A stretch of DNA of 63,826 nt, filler included, from Collodictyon triciliatum (lineage: Eukaryota), in assembly GCA_043381765.1 (NCBI GenBank). It is 9 parts of 9 records of this genome, joined end to end, with 100 filler letters (N's around TTAATTAATTAA, not from the genome) between each part and the next. Parts side by side here need not be neighbours in the genome. Positions count along the whole stretch, not along the records: positions 53,300 to 59,085 come from JBHJMP010000685.1; positions 59,186 to 63,826 come from JBHJMP010000696.1; 7 more parts are not named here. One strand, written 5' to 3'. Under the pieces are notes generated by a model. The model searched no databases. It was not told where the DNA came from and worked only from the letters and a program-made list of their open reading frames with translations. A program made the position numbers and the translations under genes. Below are positions 56,849 to 63,826 of this stretch, piece by piece (position 1 is the stretch's first letter; the number at the start of each line of letters is the position of its first letter).

Positions 56849-58925
56849 NNNNNNNNNNNNNNNNNNNNNNNNNNNNNNNNNNNNNNNNNNNNNNNNNNNN
56901 NNNNNNNNNNNNNNNNNNNNNNNNNNNNNNNNNNNNNNNNNNNNNNNNTTCTTTTTTTTTTATTTAATTTTTAACCGGAAACCTAAATTTTAAAAAAAAA
57001 AAAAAAAAAAAACCTGTGCCGCAAGTTCTCTTTTACGGAGCCTGAGTTGTTCTGCTTTCGATGTCGCAATTTTGATTACTTCAGCTTTTTCTTTCATTTT
57101 TTGTGCATGAATTCTTTCTTGTCTTTTGTAATAAGGGTAAAAAGATATTTAGTTTGATAAGCATATAAACAGTTCTCTAGAAACCTTTTCAAAAGGCAAA
57201 CATATTGCCGGCAATTTAAGTGGCATTCTCACCTGGCACTTTCTTCAAGATGGTCTTGCATTTTCAATCTTGATTCGATTGCCTTCTGTTGTGTTTCTTG
57301 CTGCATAGTTTCTTTTCTAATTGCCACTTTTTCATCCATCTGATATATTATTAGGTTATTTATTTATCCATCATAATACAATAGAAATCATATGTCTTAG
57401 ACTAGAGGAAGTAAACAATAGAAGTAATTAAAAAAATCCCTCAAATATGGATACATCACTTATGAGTGTATATTATCAGATGTACCGTTCTCAGTTTTTC
57501 ATCTACAAGTTGCTTTCTTTTATCTCTTTCCATGAATTCGTCATCTTTTTTTTTCGAAACTTTGGCCATTTTTAATTCATTTTCATACCTGATGCGAAAA
57601 AAGTTGCGATTGACCATCATTTTGAAAGCCACATATACCAGAAAGCTGTCTTTTTCCCTTTTCTTGTTTTAATTTCATTCTCGACAAAAAGAAAAGGAAA
57701 GAAACCTCAATCTTGCAGATTTCATCTCCTTTTCATGCTTTATTCTGTTCATTCTTTCTTCGATTATTCTTTCTTTTTCTGCAAGCTTTTGTTGTTCCGA
57801 TTGTGTAGCGGACTAAGTAATAATAGATAATCATAATTCGATACATTCTTCCATGTGGTAGACGATGACGGAAGGGGTTCAGAATTCAATAAAATAAAAC
57901 TCTATGCAGCCTACCGCGTATACACGTCTCATTCTAGCCTCTTCCAACCTTTCCTAATTTTATTGACGATGATTTAGTGGGAAAACGTGCAGTGACGACA
58001 GTAAAATAATAATATTATTAATACTAATAACAAGTAAAAAATTCCTTTTTCGATTTAAAGTATAACGAAAATGATGGGAATAGGGATAGGAATAGGAATA
58101 GGAATAGGAATAGGAATAGGAATAGGAATAGGAATAGGAATAGGAATAGGAATAGGAATAGGAATAGGAATAGGAATAGGAATAGGAATAGGAATAGGAA
58201 TAGGAANNNNNNNNNNNNNNNNNNNNNNNNNNNNNNNNNNNNNNNNNNNNNNNNNNNNNNNNNNNNNNNNNNNNNNNNNNNNNNNNNNNNNNNNNNNNNN
58301 NNNNNNAATAGGAATAGGAATAGGAATAGGAATAGGAATAGGAATAGGAATAGGAATAGGAATAGGAATAGGAATAGGAATAGGAATAGGAATAGGAATA
58401 GGAATATAATGAAGCAATGTCCAAATAACACACATGAATGAGTCACTTGGAAGTAAAGGATTGCAAAAAAAAATAATAATAAATTGCTTTATAAGAAAGT
58501 ACACAAGACATTTTAAACCTTATTTTTCAACATTTTTTCAGCCAAAGCAGCTTCTTTCTCGAATTCAGCATTACTGACTTTTGCGGCTGATATTCCCTCT
58601 TTTTCTTGCCACATGTGCCTTTTCTGAAATTAATTCAACAGGTCACTAAAAGGAAAAGTATTGGGGCACGATAGAAAATTCAAACCTCCATAAATCATGT
58701 GTAAACCGAAAGGCTTCACTCCCGAATATGTAGGAAACATACCTGCTCAACTTCTTGCTCCTTTTGATCCCAAGCCTTTCGCGCTTTTTCCTGAATGATT
58801 TCATTCCTCGATATTTGATAGTCTCTAAGTTCCTAAGGTAAGCAACCATTCAGTATCTTGGTATCCCGTCATTATGTGTGTGACACTGATGAATTGTCCC
58901 TTTACATCTCTCCAGTTAATTCTTT
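53822..58925 (-). CDS. Lys/Glu-rich coiled-coil protein, many small exons, 5'-partial, function unknown
   Basis: Charged helical exons from 58.9 to 56.5 kb. The C-terminus reads DEEFLRLISQETCNESQRNQMLKS|VTDPLEKKRLEKIFDMERTRANAKILELT|RNHENEVEQLWSLADRKG*. Continuity across the 54.6-55.1 kb gap is assumed. Confidence 0.6.
56063..56151 (+). mobile_element. Micro-insert family B, copy 1, with 16-bp TSD
   Basis: CATTTTCTGTACCGAT (56063-56078), 57-bp insert GCCAACATTCCCACCATCTTGCACAAAATTGAAAGG plus A-rich tail, then CATTTTATGTACCGAT (56136-56151). Confidence 0.85.
56441..56533 (+). mobile_element. Micro-insert family B, copy 2, with 19-bp TSD, intronic
   Basis: AAAGGAAATTTATTTATGC (56441-56459), 55-bp insert CAACATTCCCACCATCTTGCACAAAATTGAAAGG plus A-rich tail, then AAAGGAAATTAATTTATGC (56515-56533). 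Confidence 0.85.
58085..58405. repeat. Intronic (TAGGAA)n microsatellite spanning a gap; one of many intronic simple repeats
   Basis: Directly visible. Others include (AAAAACAAT)n near 1830-2140, (TTCTTTG)n 19460-19650, (ATT)n near 40460-40610 and (TTTTAG)n 31804-31925. Confidence 0.95.
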
Positions 58926-58990
58926 TTGAAATATGAAACATTGAAATAATCTAGCGCAGTGTATATAGTTATTAAAACTCACACATTTGA

Positions 58991-59085
<95 letters not shown>

Positions 59086-59187
59086 NNNNNNNNNNNNNNN
59101 NNNNNNNNNNNNNNNNNNNNNNNNNNNNNTTAATTAATTAANNNNNNNNNNNNNNNNNNNNNNNNNNNNNNNNNNNNNNNNNNNNGA

Positions 59188-59275
<88 letters not shown>

Positions 59276-59634
59276 AAAGAAAAGGTGTAAGCTGGGCGAG
59301 GATCCCACGTGACAACTCTGAAAACACCAACAACCCCCACAGAAAAACAAAAAGAATAAAAGCGTGGCTCTGTGACTCGTCATTTAATTCAACGCTTGAT
59401 CCGGCTCCCTTTGAGCTGAGGAGATGCGAAAAAACAAAAACAAAACAGGGATGGGACGCAAAGACAAGACACGAGCGGTTCGATTCCCGGTCGATGCAAA
59501 ACAAAAACAAAAAACAAAAACACACCTTGAAAAAGAAGGAAAACGCAGGGTGCGGAGGCGAAGAAAGCAGAAAGAAGCAGACAACGAGAACACAAACAAT
59601 GGTGATAATCATGATACTCTGCGAGGAAGCCTGG

Positions 59635-61380
59635 TCAGAAGAACTTGCGGGAGGCCGCACAAGGGCCGTACAGCTGGTAGTCTTCGCGGGACAAATACGC
59701 CGGGCGAGACGAAGGCAGACCCGCCACCATCGACGCTCCGCGGTAGACAAGCACGTCGCGGTCGGGCTTTTCCATCAGGAGCGGGTAGAATCCTCGCGGC
59801 GCCACCTTGCCCAACTCTGCCTTGAGCCGCATCCCGAAGCCCGATACCATCGAGTTTCCGCCTACACCAGCATTTTGTCGCGTTGGTGTTTTGTGTGGAC
59901 ATCACAAGAAAAGCACCGGCCCGATTGACGGAGAGGGATGTTCGCAGTGGCACCGCCATGAGGCATGTCTTCGGGTGCGCGAGGCACAGAGGAAAGGGAA
60001 AAAAAGGGAAAAAAAAAGGGAAAAAAGGGAAAAAAAAAGGGAAGGAAAGGAAAGGAAAGGAAAAAAGGGGAAAAAAGGGGAAAAAAGGGGGAAAAAGGGG
60101 GAAAAAGGGGGAAAAAAGAAAAAAGAAAAACCTGTCAGAATGATATTTCTCCATAATTCTCGCTGCATGTCGGGATCAACACTTGATATGGACTTGTAAA
60201 TGAGTTGTGGTAGTCCATCTGATTCTATATTGAGCATTGGCGGCCTGAAGAGCGGCTCGGGTGCATGGAAACGCTCATGTCCAAGCGGGATTGTCTAAAT
60301 CAAATTATTGTTTTGATGTGGTGCTATGATTTGATTTGTTCGGGAATCAAAACAAAAACAAAAACAAAAACAAAAACAAAAACAAAAAAAGAACAAAAAA
60401 GAACAAAAAAGAACAAAAAAGAACAAANNNNNNNNNNNNNNNNNNNNNNNNNNNNNNNNNNNNNNNNNNNNNNNNNNNNNNNNNNNNNNNNNNNNNNNNN
60501 NNNNNNNNNNNNNNNNNNNNNNNNNNNAAAAAGAACAAAAAAAAGAACAAAAAAAAGAACAAAAAAAAGAACAAAAAAAAGAACAAAAAAAAGAACAAAA
60601 AAAAAAAACAAAAAACAAAAAAGAGAGACTTACGCGCTGGTCGGGCATAGTAAACTCTCTTGCATTTGTAGACACGTGGAGACTTTCGCTATCGTAGTTT
60701 GTAGAGATGTATGCATACTTTGCCTTGGCTTCGTTGATTGCAGCCCAATCGAGATACTTTGAGCTTACAGAGACACCGTTCTGAGCAAGAAGGTGAATCA
60801 AATGGTCGGTGATTTGCTCACCGCCGATATGCAGCGTGCGGACAGCGTGGGGGATGACATGGCCGTGGTACACCGGGGCAATTGTAGTCGAGCGGAAGCC
60901 AGAGTCTACAATAAGACCGGTGCGAATTCCACATGAGTGTGTGGCTGCAACCGGAGTCGGCATGAAATAGATTCCAGGCACGCCGAAGGACTCAAAGAGG
61001 GTCTCTCCAAGTCGCTGAATCTCCTTGCCCGACATGAGCGGACTCACGGCTAGAAAGACTGGGCGGTCAGTGGGGTCCACACGGAGTTCAGTCTCAAACA
61101 TGTGCGTAAAGATTTGGTCCAGGTCGTCGGCATTTGTGATGCTGCCCTGGACTATCGGCCGTGAAAGTTGGATGGGGTAAGGATGCATCAGTGCCTGGTC
61201 TCCATAGTAGCGCGCATCCAAGTCAGCCTCCATCATTGATGTTCGCAGAAGCTTCGGCTTTCCAACGACTGTTGGGAGAATACTCGTTGGCTTGCGCGAC
61301 CCGGCCATCCCCACCTTGATGGATCCCTCCCCAAGGTCAATCACCACAGCGGTCAGCGCCTCGTTCATCGACATGGACAT
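59635..61380 (-). CDS. Divergent actin-like protein, 3 exons (61380-60634, 60294-60132, 59861-59635), complete
   Basis: Collinear with actin: AVVIDLGEGSIKVGMAG...PTVVGKPK, ELRVDPTDRPVFL, ETLFESFGVP, TGLIVDSG, ERFHAPEPLFRP, NIILTG|GNSM, EDYQLYGP...RKFF*. Confidence 0.92.
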
Positions 61381-61858
61381 GCTGAGGCCAGCTAGGAAAT
61401 GGTATTAATGTTTTGCTGTTACATTTCTGAATTTATTTATTTGTTATTCAAAATTATTAGGTTCAGAATGGGAAAAAAGGTATTCTTTCTTAATCGATTT
61501 TTTATTGTAAAAATATCATGTGCAATTATTCATTATGTCATGTGCTAAGAAGACAGAAAATATTGAAAAAATAATCGATTGCGTATTGAACTTTTACTAC
61601 ATCACACGTACATATATTATGGGTTACGCGGGCATCAAACTGCGACTTCCCACTCGCGAATCCACTGAACGAAGGAGTAGACGAAGCTTTTGTTTGGCGA
61701 TTGATTGATGATTGCTTCACTCTTTTTTTTTTATTTACACAGTATTAGTTCGAATAAATATTCAAGAGACCGCGCATAAGGAAGAAAAAGTAAATAGGCT
61801 TATCCATATGTAGCATTTGAAACATTCTTTTCTATCAGTTACGCATTTTCACTTTGTA

Positions 61859-63668
61859 TTACTTTATGGAAGGCAGGTCAGTCCCTTCGGTCTCAGGTTC
61901 TTCATTATCATCAGATTCTTCACCATCACTTAATCCCAAGGATTCGACGGGCTTCAACCCGCCTGGTCTGGATAATTTGGAGTGCAGTTCGTACATAACT
62001 TTATCTGTTTGCCCTGACGATGCCATCAAGTTATCATTGGGATCTACACATAATTAACAAACATCAGTAATTTAAGGTCATATATCCATAACAGGCGGTA
62101 CCATATTTTTATGTCCGGATAATATTGAATGGGATTTAGAAGCGTTTTCGCATTTCACTGAATCAATTATCCATGTCTCTATTCTCTTCATTAATTTTAT
62201 CTACAGTCGACATTGATGTTTCCAATACGTCATTTATTGAACACATACCATCATCAAAGTCGCTGGACAGGTATTCAGGCTCTTCGTCCTTTTCAAATTC
62301 TTCAGTGGTATGTGAAACTTCATCCTCACTCTTTCCTCCAGTCCCTTCACCATCCCCCTCGTGCTCGTGCTCATAAAGGTCAAAGTTGGTGGCGTAGTCC
62401 CCAATATTTGAGGGAAATAATTCGAGGGGAACATTATCTCTTTCACGCTTCTCATTTTCTTCCTTCTCGATTCTTTCACGTTCCTCCTTCTCGGCCTTCT
62501 CCTTTGCGATTCTTTCACGTTCCTCCTTCTCGATCTTTTCCTTTGCGATTCTTTCGCGTTCCTCCTTCTCGATCTTTTCCTTTGCGATTCTTTCGCGTTC
62601 TTCCTTCTCGGCCTTCTCCTTTGCAATTCTTTCGCGTTCTTCCTTCTCGGCCTTCTCCTTTGCGATTCTTTCACATTCTTCCTTCTCGGCCTTCTCCTTT
62701 GCAATTCTTTCACGTTCTTCTTTCTCGGCCTTCTCCTTTGCAATTCTTTCACGTTCTTCTTTCTCGGCCTTCTCCTTTGCAATTCTTTCACGTTCTTCTT
62801 TCTCGGCCTTCTCCTTTGCGATTCTTTCACGTTCCTCCTTCTCGATCTTTTCCTTTGCGATTCTTTCACGTTCTTCCTTCTCGGCCTTCTCCTTTGCAAT
62901 TCTTTCACGTTCTTCTTTCTCGGCCTTCTCCTTTGCAATTCTTTCACGTTCCTCCTTCTCGGCCTTTTCCTTTGCGATTCTTTCACGTTCTTCTTTCTCG
63001 GCCTTCTCCTTTGCAATTCTTTCACGTTCTTCTTTCTCGGCCGTCTCCTTTGCGATTCTTTCACGTTCCTCCTTCTCGGCCTTCTCCTTTGCGATTCTTT
63101 CGCGTTCTTCTTTCTCGGCCTTCTCCTTTGCGATTCTTTCACGTTCTTCCTTCTCGGCCTTCTCCTTTGCGATTCTTTCACGTTCCTCCTTCTCGGCCTT
63201 CTCCTTTGCGATTCTTTCGCGCTCCTCCTTCTCGATCTTTTCCTTTGGCGATATGTTTACACCATCAATTGCTGTTGAGCAATCTGGCAGTTTGAAATCA
63301 CGGGAACGTTTAGAGGTATTTTGAAAAGATTGATCGACAGACTCCATTCTTTGCGAAGAAACACTTTCGGACTTTGATCCTGTCGCTCGCTGTTTTTCAA
63401 TATCAGAATGATAAGGGAAGAGATACGGAATGCTGCACATCTTATACTTTGGGTGAATCGGCACATAATCCGCGGTCGATATAGATGCATAAACCCCACG
63501 TGGAGAAGCCACATAGTTTGGGGGTGGAGAATACGTGTATGCACGGGTTGATGCGGGATGGTTGAAGACAAGAGGCGCTGAAGGCGTTGCTCCTAAGCTT
63601 CTTGGAGTCTTGTGGACTATCATGGGCGAGTCTCTACACAGATTACCCAGTTTGCGAGTCATGTGCAA
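61859..63668 (-). CDS. Protein with about 20 copies of a 13-aa charged repeat and an acidic tail; 5' end uncertain
   Basis: Long open exon with (KEKAEKEERERIA)n. The donor GATG|GTATGT at 62249 joins in frame to a terminal exon ending DLPSIK* at 61859. Confidence 0.75.
62470..63246 (-). repeat. 39-bp coding minisatellite
   Basis: Near-identical 39-nt units with mostly synonymous variation. Confidence 0.95.
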
Positions 63669-63826
63669 AAAGGCAAATAGATGAGGAGAATACCAGATTC
63701 ATAAGCTGATCCAGAGCAAGGTAAAATGCCAAATAAATGCATAATAAAATGAGTGTAAATAAATAAGTTAAGATCGACAGCAAAAAAAAAAAAAAAAACT
63801 AACACAACGCGAGTTGACCCTATTTC

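Overview
This is eukaryotic DNA from an intron-rich, AT-rich protist, probably flagellated given the AXDND1-like and CNBD2-like genes, and it uses the standard genetic code. The window is not one locus. It is nine draft contigs joined by artificial N-run + TTAATTAATTAA + N-run spacers, so gene neighbourhoods across spacers mean nothing. Recognisable spliced genes are: an AXDND1-like protein, an atypical bZIP factor, a TrmH/SpoU tRNA methyltransferase, a class III nucleotidyl cyclase C-terminus, a mitochondrial-type P-loop protein, NOL6/Utp22, two divergent LRR genes, a large Gly-rich protein of the plant At5g11700/At4g32920 type, a DFR-like extended SDR, a C2-domain protein, a CCHC-knuckle + tandem cNMP-binding protein, a coiled-coil protein, a divergent actin-like protein, and a protein with a 13-aa charged repeat. 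Many introns contain microsatellites, which generate most of the low-complexity ORFs in the track. The most striking unexplained signal is two families of very short (about 20-57 bp) non-coding inserts. Each has an A-rich 3' end and its own 13-19 bp target-site duplication, the signature of target-primed retrotransposition. All family assignments come from motif recognition by eye, not from database searches.
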